A stretch of 63,475 nucleotides of DNA, filler included, from Octopus bimaculoides (lineage: Eukaryota): the NCBI RefSeq assembly GCF_001194135.2. It is 5 parts of 5 records of this genome, joined end to end, with 100 filler letters (N's around TTAATTAATTAA, not from the genome) between each part and the next. Parts side by side here need not be neighbours in the genome. Positions count along the whole stretch, not along the records: positions 53,053 to 56,084 come from NW_026370474.1; positions 56,185 to 63,475 come from NW_026301064.1; 3 more parts are not named here. One strand, given 5' to 3'. The first letter of the stretch is position 1; each line of letters opens with the position of its first letter. Below the pieces are notes generated by a model. The model did no database searches. It was not told the origin of the DNA and saw nothing but the letters and a program-made list of their open reading frames with translations. Below are positions 53,567 to 63,475 of the stretch, in pieces. The position numbers were made by a program, and so were the translations under genes.

Positions 53567-54645
53567 NNNNNNNNNNNNNNNNNNNNNNNNNNNNNNNNNN
53601 NNNNNNNNNNNNNNNNNNNNNNNNNNNNNNNNNNNNNNNNNNNNNNNNNNNNNNNNNNNNNNNNNNNNNNNNNNNNNNNNNNNNNNNNNNNNNNNNNNNN
53701 NNNNNNNNNNNNNNNNNNNNNNNNNNNNNNNNNNNNNNNNNNNNNNNNNNNNNNNNNNNNNNNNNNNNNNNNNNNNNNNNNNNNNNNNNNNNNNNNNNNN
53801 NNNNNNNNNNNNNNNNNNNNNNNNNNNNNNNNNNNNNNNNNNNNNNNNNNNNNNNNNNNNNNNNNNNNNNNNNNNNNNNNNNNNNNNNNNNNNNNNNNNN
53901 NNNNNNNNNNNNNNNNNNNNNNNNNNNNNNNNNNNNNNNNNNNNNNNNNNNNNNNNNNNNNNNNNNNNNNNNNNNNNNNNNNNNNNNNNNNNNNNNNNNN
54001 NNNNNNNNNNNNNNNNNNNNNNNNNNNNNNNNNNNNNNNNNNNNNNNNNNNNNNNNNNNNNNNNNNNNNNNNNNNNNNNNNNNNNNNNNNNNNNNNNNNN
54101 NNNNNNNNNNNNNNNNNNNNNNNNNNNNNNNNNNNNNNNNNNNNNNNNNNNNNNNNNNNAATATATGTATATGGTGGTTGTCTATTCCTCATGCAGAATC
54201 TTATCACCTTTTGTGCATACTCTTTAGAAACCATCATGGCGTTTGATGTGGCTTTTTAAACCAAACAACGATTTGAAAAGACTCCCACATAGATTACATC
54301 TCTAAGTTGGACCACCAGGAACTGCAGTTAAGTTCTGATCTATGTAGGTCTTGCAATGTCTTTTGAGGCCTCCCTTAGATTTTCGGACCTTATGGCATAT
54401 ACGGTACTGGAAGATGGTCACAGATATTTAGGCAGAATACTTAGTGTGGTTCGTTGGCTGCTGTTTTTATCAGGTCTAAACTACCACGTAACCCTCTCGT
54501 TCTTTCACGCGCGCACGTGTGTGTGTGTGTAAGGCAGTAACTGGTTCTTCGTCGGCTGAGACGACGAGTGTTCCAGTACACACGATCGACGGAACAGCCC
54601 AGTAATATGGAAAATAATGTTTATTTTTGTCTACTTCCACTTTAT

Positions 54646-54768
54646 TTAGATCTGAAAAGTTTCCTCCAACTGTTTTTTAATTGCAGAGTCTTTGATCAGA
54701 TCCTCAAAATTAATCTTAGGTAACACATTTGCTTCTATAAAAACAGGGCATCCCAAATATTGATCTAG
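54646..54768 (-). mobile_element. Possible hAT transposase C-terminal fragment
   Basis: IEANVLPKINFEDLIKDSAIKK resembles the hAT C-terminal IE..I.FEDLIKDFA.KK pattern (recalled). Confidence 0.4.
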
Positions 54769-55251
54769 CAAATTTCAAGTGATTCTTTTGTGTGCCGTAA
54801 ACCATTTACTGTTTCTGTGGTGCCCCACTTCTAGTCCGTGTTTATATTACTTCATGTTTAAATCGACAGGGTGGCCATGGGTAGAGCGTCGTTTCTCACT
54901 AGTTTAGTTTCTTAAGGGTGGGTTATCGCTAAAAAAAACAACAACAACAGCAACAACAATAAAAAATAGCAATCTTTGAATCTAGAGAAAAAAAAAATAA
55001 AGGAATATAAAAGAACCCCTTGTCCAAAGGAAGTATATGACCCCTATTTTCTGAAATGTAAAGAAGGATCAGCAAGGGGTCAGTTAGGGGTTGACTGTGA
55101 AATGTTTTCGTCTATACAGGGTATTCAATGGAGAATCCGTGAACTTTATAACACCTTCAGTAAAAGGGGTTGAGGTGGGAGGGTTGCCCCCACCCCCCAA
55201 CATATTCTCCTCCCCCTCTCTCACTTTTTGAGTTTCTCACTTTCTCTCATA

Positions 55252-55498
55252 TCAGGTGTATATACATACATACATATGAATGTGTGTGTGGCTAAATATA
55301 TATATATACATACATACAAGTATATATATATGTATATATATATAAATATATATATAAATACATATATATATATCTATATATATGTGCATTATATATATAT
55401 ATATATATGCATATATACATAAATATATATATAAATACATATACACACACATATCAATAAAAATGTGTGCATATATACACATATATATATATATTTGC

Positions 55499-55529
<31 letters not shown>

Positions 55530-55684
55530 AACATATATATGTATATATATGCACACACACATATATATATACAAATGTATATACATATATATATATACAT
55601 CCATACACACATATAAATATATATATATGTATGCATGTGTGTATATATATGTATATATCTATATACGCATACATATACATACAT
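55252..55684. repeat. Long compound (TA)/(CA) microsatellite
   Basis: Direct reading. Similar tracts at 35580-36560, 42210-42930, 29364-29970, 16250-16580. Confidence 0.95.
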
Positions 55685-56084
55685 CTGGGTTCAGTCCCAC
55701 TGCGTGACACCTTCGGCAAGTGTCTTCTACTAATAGCCTCCGGCCGACCAATAAATAGCCGAGGCCGATGGCAAACAATTGTTTACATTTGTGGTGCTTT
55801 GGTGACCGCAAGATGGCAGCGCGACCGAAGATCGATAAACAATAGCAAAGGGAGATAATCATCTAGGTTTGTTTTTTTACCATTGAAAACGAGGCTTTTC
55901 CCCTTCCATTTTTTACGAGATCTCAGGAGAGCTCTGAAGATACGCCGTAAGGCTAAACCCCTTACGAGCGAGAAACCCAGTGTGACCCCGTAAACCAGGG
56001 CCTACCACACTATAATATCAACTGCTCTACATCTTAGAGTCTGCTTCTCCTCCGGATTCATGTATTTCTACAAACGATATATAC

Positions 56085-56184
56085 NNNNNNNNNNNNNNNN
56101 NNNNNNNNNNNNNNNNNNNNNNNNNNNNTTAATTAATTAANNNNNNNNNNNNNNNNNNNNNNNNNNNNNNNNNNNNNNNNNNNN
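56085..56184. other. Artificial scaffold spacer
   Basis: 44N + TTAATTAATTAA (56129-56140) + 44N. Confidence 0.95.
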
Positions 56185-56439
56185 ATGACTAAATTGCCCC
56201 CACCACACTTTCAGTTTATATTCAGAGATGTTCCCCTTCATGGGTTGCTTTCACTATGACTTACATAGTTTACATCGTCCTCATTCGAGTAACTTAGTAC
56301 AAACGACTACTCGCCAGAGAGGGTTAACTTCACTAAGGCTTATGGCATCCTCATCTCCCTATGCAAGCAATTTATTTCATCACTTGCAGCCCACACAGTG
56401 CCAAATGTGAATCACAACAGAAAATTTAGAACTTCCTGC

Positions 56440-56680
56440 TACATTATTTACATTTGATGGATATTTGTTCTCATCTTGTTTGTTGTTAACACATTTCGGC
56501 TGTTATACCCTCCAGCCTTCATCAGGCGTCTTGGGAAATTTTAAACCTGGGTCCTCATTCCTAAGGTATTTTTCGATGTTATTATTATTATTGTTGTTAT
56601 TATTATTATTCAGGTCACTGCCAGGGATCGAACTCGGAATTTTGGGGTTAGTAGCCCGCGCTCTTAGCCATTACGCCATC
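56440..56680 (-). mobile_element. tRNA-headed SINE-like element carrying a minimal hammerhead motif
   Basis: A box TGGCGTAATGG and B box GAGTTCGATCCC (56680-56611), then (TAA)n, then GACGC-CUGAUGA-A-GGCUG..CAGCC-GAAA-U-GUGUU (56530-56488). Confidence 0.7.
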
Positions 56681-58107
56681 AGATCAGATTGGAGCCTGGT
56701 GCAGCTGCTGGCTCTCCAGACGTCAGTTAAACCATCCAACCCATGCCAGCATAGAAAACAAACATTAAACGACAACAATGATGATGAGATTTGAAAACTC
56801 AAAGAATTTTGCAGTACTCCAATCTTTTATCAATTGATCTTATGTCGACTTCTAAACTGATATCATTAATAAATATTTACAAATTTAGCAGAAAGTCACA
56901 AGTTAACAACATCAAATATAGGAACTCAGATGGGGAACTCTCAAACCTTTAGCTTCTAAATTGTAGAAACACCTTGCAGAGTGAAAAGATGAATTCCCTC
57001 CCTTTTAAAGTAACCCTACTGGAAACACACACACACACACACACACACTGCCGCCGTCGCCACCGCTACCACCAGTGTTTCTCAGCCATTTGTTTACCAA
57101 TGGATCCCTTTAATTATTATTTTACTTGGATGTACTCTCCAAGCCACTCAAGGTCTAAAAATCTTGTTACATTTTTATATTTAGATATTATTATTAGGGG
57201 TTGTATAAAATAGAATTGTTAAAATATTCTGTGTATTGTATTCTTTTATTTGTTGCAGTAATTTGACTGTGGCCATGCTGGAGCACTGCCTTTAGTCAAA
57301 TAAACCAACTCCAGGACTTATTCTTTGTAAGCCTAGTATTTATTTTATCGGATTTTATTTTTTTGCCAAACCACTAAGATACAGGCACGTAAACATACCA
57401 ACATCAGTTGTCAAGCGATGGTGGGGGTACAAACACAGACACACAAACATATACATATATACGACAGGCTTCTTTCATTTTCCGTCTACCAAATCAAATC
57501 CAATCACGAGGATTTGCTCGGCCCGAGGCTATTTGTAGAAGACACTTCCCCAAGGTGCCACGCAGTTAGACTGAACCTNNNNNNNNNNNNNNNNNNNNNN
57601 NNNNNNNNNNNNNNNNNNNNNNNNNNNNNNNNNNNNNNNNNNNNNNNNNNNNNNNNNNNNNNNNNNNNNNNNNNNNNNNNNNNNNNNNNNNNNNNNNNNN
57701 NNNNNNNNNNNNNNNNNNNNNNNNNNNNNNNNNNNNNNNNNNNNNNNNNNNNNNNNNNNNNNNNNNNNNNNNNNNNNNNNNNNNNNNNNNNNNNNNNNNN
57801 NNNNNNNNNNNNNNNNNNNNNNNNNNNNNNNNNNNNNNNNNNNNNNNNNNNNNNNNNNNNNNNNNNNNNNNNNNNNNNNNNNNNNNNNNNNNNNNNNNNN
57901 NNNNNNNNNNNNNNNNNNNNNNNNNNNNNNNNNNNNNNNNNNNNNNNNNNNNNNNNNGGCTCAGAAATCATACCAGTTGATCCTCAATTTATTACTAGCA
58001 TAATCAGACAGAAAAAAACAAAGCTCAATGCAAAATGAAACACAACATACTACACAGAAGAGAAGAAAGCTTCGAAGTTTCAGTCTCTATTACTCATGCC
58101 CACTTGT

Positions 58108-58408
58108 CCATCCATCATCGTTTAACGTCTGTTTTCCATGCTGGCATGGGTTGGACGGTTTGACCGGGGTCTGGGAAGCCAGGCGGCTGCGTCAGGCTCC
58201 AGTCTGATCTAGCAGTGTTTCTACAGCTGGATGCCCTTCCTAACGCCAACCACTCCGTGAGTGTAGTGGGTGCTATTTATATGCCACCGGCACAGGAGCC
58301 AGGGGAGGCTGGCAACAACCACAATCGGATTGTGATTTTTATGTGCCACCGGCACAGAAGCCAGTCAAGGCGGCATTGGCATCGGTCACATTCAGATGGT
58401 GCTTTTAT
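58108..58408 (-). mobile_element. Interspersed repeat family D with (GAT)n tail; copies at 56681-56787, 58735-58900, 60203-60365, 61655-61806
   Basis: Shared ggttggcgttaggaagggcatccagctgtag...ccaacccatgccagcatggaaaac..gttaaacgatgatg. Confidence 0.8.
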
Positions 58409-59060
58409 CAAATAAGTAGGCTAGTTTAATCAACATTTAAATGAAGAGACCATTTTGAGCAGTCATCAAATTTTTTGTAGCCATATTGCTGTCTAAACGA
58501 ATACATTGCCTAGGTTTCAAATAATATGGAAAATAATAGAAGATTTAAAGGAACTTAGTAAGGGTCACCTTGGGTTAGTGTCTTCTACTATAGCCCCAGA
58601 CTAACCAAAGTGTTGAATAGATTTGGAAGATGAAAACTGAGAGAAGCTTTCCATGTATGTGATTGTCTACATATGTGTGTATATATAAAACAGCATTATG
58701 TCACAAGTTCATGTGTGTGTGTGTGTTCACACATCTACTAAACTCTCGGACTGGTTGGAGTTAGGAAGGGCATCCAGCTGTAGAAACTCTGCCAAATCAG
58801 ATTGGAGCTTGGTGTAGCCATCTGGTTCGCCAGTCCTCAGTCAAATAGTCCAATCCATGCTAGCATGGAAAGCAGATGTTAAACGATGATGATGATGATG
58901 AATGATGATAGCAATGATAATGATTGTATTTGTAAACCTAACGAAGAGTTCTTAAATAAAATCAGAGATGGAAAGTTTCAATGTGAACACTTAAAAACAG
59001 ACAGGTTGGTATCGAAATATTTAATTGAACAAAACAAACACAATACAACAAGAAGGATAC

Positions 59061-59100
59061 TGTTTCATGACTTCTTTGTAATTCACAGTGTCTCGAATAT
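59061..59100 (-). CDS. GPN1: GPN1 coding exon 3 (40 nt)
   Basis: TCTTTTCAG acceptor. (D)IRDTVNYKEVMK(Q) matches GPN1 DIRDTVxYKEVMKQ. CA|GTATCC donor; phase fits exon 2. Confidence 0.93.
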
Positions 59101-60027
59101 CTGAAAAGACGCACAGACATAGAATAAATCAAAACTGATAAAGAAACGCAGAATTTNNNNNNNNNNNNNNNNNNNNNNNNNNNNNNNNNNNNNNNNNNNN
59201 NNNNNNNNNNNNNNNNNNNNNNNNNNNNNNNNNNNNNNNNNNNNNNNNNNNNNNNNNNNNNNNNNNNNNNNNNNNNNNNNNNNNTAGACTGTGGCCATGC
59301 TGGGGCATTGCCTTGAAGAATGTTCTAGTCACATGAATCAACCCCAGTATTTGTTTTTTTTTAAAGCCAGGTACTTATTCTATCAATCTCATTTGCTGAA
59401 CTGTTAAGTTACAGGAACAGAGTGGACCAATTGTTTTCACCACAGGAATTTAGTATTAACACATTAATATAAAAGATTAATAAGGAAAAGGATAATTAAG
59501 TTAACTACAGGTGTTTAACTCTTTAGCATTTAAACCAGACCAAATATTGTACCTTTTTTTATGTTCAAACTAACGAGATCCCACCTCGCACACCCACCCT
59601 GCTATGACATTCTAAACTAAACAATCTCATCATTGCAATTTTGAGGCTATAAGATAATGCCTGATTAATTCAAAATGATGTGAATAAATAAGCAAAAGAT
59701 TTGACAGAGTAATCTGAACGCTACAGGTATTTAACCCCTCCATTACCAACCCAGCTGAAACCAGCTCTGGCTCTGAGTACAAATGTTTTACTTTCATAAG
59801 TTTTGAATTAAAATCTTCCACCAAACCTTAATCACAATTTACGTTCCTAACACTAGCTGAATGATAACTAAGTTATTTTACTAAATTCTTTGTTATATTT
59901 AAAGTAATTGAAAGAAACAGAGTATCTCAACAGAAATACAGTAACGAAAGGGTTAAGTTATTGAACCTGAAATAACCAAAGACAAAAACTCATCTCAACA
60001 AAAATCATTATCAATGAATTTACTTAC

Positions 60028-60121
60028 CAATATTGGCAGGAAAAGATACGTCAAGTACAGCTGGATCGAGGTTAATGACATAGGGAGCATTGTTCTTCAT
60101 AAAAAGGTGCCCTGTTAGCCG
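60028..60121 (-). CDS. GPN1: GPN1 coding exon 2 (94 nt)
   Basis: TTTTATTAG acceptor. [31 protein letters not shown] matches the GPN1 family YVINLDPA motif. G|GTAAGT donor; frame continuous with exon 1. Confidence 0.95.
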
Positions 60122-62207
60122 CTAATAAAAGAAAAAAAAGATTGGAAATAGTAAAATGTAAAATGAAATATTCAAAATATTTACATTCCTAAAATATTGT
60201 AATCATCATCATCATCATTTAACATCCATTGTCCATGCTAGTATCGGTTGGATGGTTTGACCAGAGCTGGTAAGCTGAGGGACTGCACCATACTCAACTG
60301 ATTTGATATGGTTTTTACAGCTGGATGCCCTTCCTAACACCAACAACTCCAAAAGTGTAATGGGTGAAGGCCAGTAATTTCAGGGGATAAGTCAATTCCA
60401 CTGACCCCACAGTTCAACTGGTACTTATTTTAGTGAAACCATAAGGATGAAACACAAAGTCATCCCTGGTGGCATTTGAACTCAGGATGTAAAGAGTCTG
60501 CAAAAAGTGCCACTAAGCATTTTAACAAGCATGGCATCGATTCTGCGAGCTTGCCATCATACTTTCACAAAATATTGAAATATTCTTTTCTATTCTAGGC
60601 ACAAGGCCCAAAATTTTTGGGGCGGGGGCCAGTCAATTAGATCGACCCTGAAAGGATGAAAGGCAAAGTCGATCTCGGCAGAATTTGAACTCAGAATGTA
60701 AAGACAGACGAAATACCGCTAAGCATTTCGCCCGGCGTGCTAACATTTCTGCCAACTCACCACCTTCAAGCTATTGGAATATTATACAANNNNNNNNNNN
60801 NNNNNNNNNNNNNNNNNNNNNNNNNNNNNNNNNNNNNNNNNNNNNNNNNNNNNNNNNNNNNNNNNNNNNNNNNNNNNNNNNNNNNNNNNNNNNNNNNNNN
60901 NNNNNNNNNNNNNNNNNNNNNNNNNNNNNNNNNNNNNNNNNNNNNNNNNNNNNNNNNNNNNNNNNNNNNNNNNNNNNNNNNNNNNNNNNNNNNNNNNNNN
61001 NNNNNNNNNNNNNNNNNNNNNNNNNNNNNNNNNNNNNNNNNNNNNNNNNNNNNNNNNNNNNNNNNNNNNNNNNNNNNNNNNNNNNNNNNNNNNNNNNNNN
61101 NNNNNNNNNNNNNNNNNNNNNNNNNNNNNNNNNNNNNNNNNNNNNNNNNNNNNNNNNNNNNNNNNNNNNNNNNNNNNNNNNNNNNNNNNNNNNNNNNNNN
61201 NNNNNNNNNNNNNNNNNNNNNNNNNNNNNNNNNNNNNNNNNNNNNNNNNNNNNNNNNNNNNNNNNNNNNNNNNNNNNNNNNNNGATATATAAAAGCCATC
61301 ACAATGCAACAAGCATTGGCCCTTATGGTGGTTTATCTATGAAAGTAAGATGTAATTTGATAGAGATTTGGCTGCTTTCCAAGCAGGTCAAACATCTATA
61401 TATCAAATCCTTTGTTAATTCACAATATAAGTAAAGCACTGAAAAAAAAAAACCTAATTTTTTATTGCTTTTTATCCATTTTCTGTTCCTTATTTGAAGG
61501 GACAGCATCAGGAGTACCGTTGAATTAATTCTTTTACAGGAGTTAACTTTCATTAATTAGGTTACCTAAAAAGGCATGAACATCACATAATCTTACCCAA
61601 CAAGCCAATATTAGAATAAATACAATAAAACAATGGTGCTAAATAAAGAGCACTGAATACACTGGTTGGTGTTAAGAAGGGCATCCAGTTGTAGAGATAA
61701 AGCCAAAACAGATTATGGACCCTGGTGTGGCCTCTGGCCCTGCCAGTTCCTGTCAAACCATCCAACCCATGCCAGCATGGAAAACGGACGTTAAATGATG
61801 ATGATGTTACATAGTGGTATGCCACACGAACACTTTTAGCAACTCCAAGCAATTTATTTTAATAGCTTTTAGTCATTGTTGTTGTGGTTGTTGTTTGGCC
61901 TTTTAGCAAACAATGTAATTGCACTGGTATGTGGCTGTTAGTATACGATTACTCGACTAGCTAGAATTAAGTCAAATGGCGGTAGCTTCGCCAGCTAGAA
62001 ACAGCAGCCACCCAAATCAAAACATACAGTATTTAGAAAAGGATAAACTGGATAATGGAATCCTAGATANNNNNNNNNNGAGGATGGATAGTGATTGTTG
62101 GATTGTCTTTGATCACCTGTCTGTTCAGTGAGGACTGACTTAATATAAACAAGCAGCGTGTATAAACAAGTCATGAATCGGGACGAGCAAGAAAAATGAA
62201 TGAATAC

Positions 62208-62369
62208 CTGTACAAATGTGCTTTTACCAGATCCAGCCATTCCAAGAACAATGACACATGTTGGTTTCACCTGACTATCTCCACCTTCAGCTCCTTCAAC
62301 GTTATTATTATCTTCAGGTGTCATTTTCTCTTCTTTCTCCGACGGAGAACTTTCACTCGCATCCGCCAT
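62208..62369 (-). CDS. GPN1: GPN-loop GTPase 1, coding exon 1 (54 codons)
   Basis: AACATGGCG start. Translates MADASESS...KPTCVIVLGMAGSGKSTFVQ with P-loop GMAGSGKS. Followed by CAG|GTATTC donor, phase 0. Confidence 0.95.
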
Positions 62370-63210
62370 GTTGTAAATATAAACAATTAGCACAGTTTCG
62401 TAAACTAATAGTGTAAAATATAATTAATCTTAAAAATAAAGATTAGAATAAAATAAATATTATAAGAATTAAATAATCTAATTTGATATCAAATCTATTT
62501 TCAAGTTAACCCAGTTTTTTTCTCTCTAATGGAAAATATAATTTATACGAAAATATCTAATAGAGCACAAATATTTTTTAAATACTACTTTTAGATTTAA
62601 AAAATATTATTTAAAGTTTTATGAATTCAATATTTACAAAAGGTTAGTTGTCATATGGGCGAATAAACTAGTTATCGGTTTGTAGTAGTGAGAGAAACAG
62701 GTATAAGAAAACAGCAGAGAAAAATAACTCAAATGAAAACATTAATATTCCTAACGTATTCGAATGTCATTTAGAATTCGACTTTGTCGAACCTTTTCTC
62801 ATCTTCTGTATTTAAATTCATTTTTGGTATACCAGCAGAAGTATCCACACAGACGCGCGAATTTGTTTCTTTATACTTTAGAAAAATAGGATTTTCAAAT
62901 GAAATTTTCGCCTAGGTAAAGAATATGTACACCACCCGTTTTTGGTGTAACAAAAACCTTAACTCCCTAACCCCAAAACTAACCCTAAACATCGAGTGTG
63001 CGTATTCTTTACCTTCGCCCAAATTTTTTAGGGTGTACGTTACATTTATGTAGAAATTTTATGTGAAAAAAAAGTGGTGGGCGCGCACACATAGATTCTG
63101 ACACATACATCTACAAACTGAAACTTGAAATGTTAGCGTGTTTGTTAAGTTCCATGAATCTGCACCATAAAAGTTAGGTGTGATGCATTGACTGTAAACC
63201 TATCTTTTAA

Positions 63211-63392
63211 GGGGTAAATTTTCAGATTAACACCCGCACGATTTTCACTAGGGTTATGGTTTTCGGGTTAGGGTTTTAGGGTTAAGGTTTTAGAGTTAGG
63301 GAATTCCGTCCGTAACCGTAACCCTAAACCTAAAACCCTAACCCTAACACCCTAGTGAAAATCGTGCGGCTGTTAATCTGAAAATGTACCTT
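63211..63392. mobile_element. 182-bp palindromic MITE with TTAA flanks and internal telomere-like repeats
   Basis: 43-bp arms 63211-63253 and 63350-63392 (39 of 43 match). TTAA at 63207-63210 and 63393-63396. TTAGGG-like and CCCTAA-like inner arms. Confidence 0.8.
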
Positions 63393-63405
63393 TTAAGGTG
63401 TAGGA

Positions 63406-63475
63406 CAGTGGTTCCCAGCCCTTTTATTTAAAGAGTTTTCCCACAGACCCTTTTAACTATGCTTATCCTTATATA
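63406..63475 (+). mobile_element. Possible hAT/Charlie-type MITE start (runs off the window)
   Basis: CAGTGGTTCCCAGCCCTTTT terminus resembles Charlie-type TIRs. Confidence 0.35.

Noticed and set aside
56250-56352. Minus-strand AG...GTAAGT segment as a later GPN1 exon
   Set aside because: No frame resembles GPN1, and stops occur in all frames before the donor.
56611-56680. Possible tRNA gene (also the heads of SINE families A, B and C)
   Set aside because: A/B boxes are present but there is no complete acceptor stem; these are SINE heads.
61315-61335. IGPYGGL resembling the GPN motif LGPNGGI
   Set aside because: Wrong strand, inside GPN1 intron 1, and no splice context; coincidence.
61995-62393. 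ORF-track 132-aa version of GPN1
   Set aside because: It uses an upstream TTG and reads into intron 1. The true start is ATG 62369 and the donor is at 62207.

Overview
AT-rich eukaryotic genomic DNA saturated with microsatellites and repeats. The SINE families and repeat landscape suggest an Octopus draft assembly (inference). Four artificial 100-bp spacers (44N-TTAATTAATTAA-44N) cut the window into five separately assembled blocks. The only host gene I can support is the 5' end of GPN-loop GTPase 1 (GPN1/XAB1) on the minus strand: three coding exons at 62369-62208, 60121-60028 and 59100-59061. The rest is mobile DNA: several tRNA-derived SINE families, three mariner relics, Dong/R4-clade LINE fragments sitting in (TAA)n arrays, Penelope-like (PLE) remnants and MITEs. 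The most notable signal is a set of hammerhead ribozyme motifs. One is an essentially complete type I hammerhead (16675-16758). One lies in a tRNA-headed SINE-like element (56440-56680). One lies in a Penelope terminal repeat (50686-50721). Further degenerate cores are also present. Other oddities are a telomere-repeat palindromic TTAA-flanked MITE upstream of GPN1, and tandem Dong elements truncated at nearly the same codon. All structure calls were made by eye, without tools.
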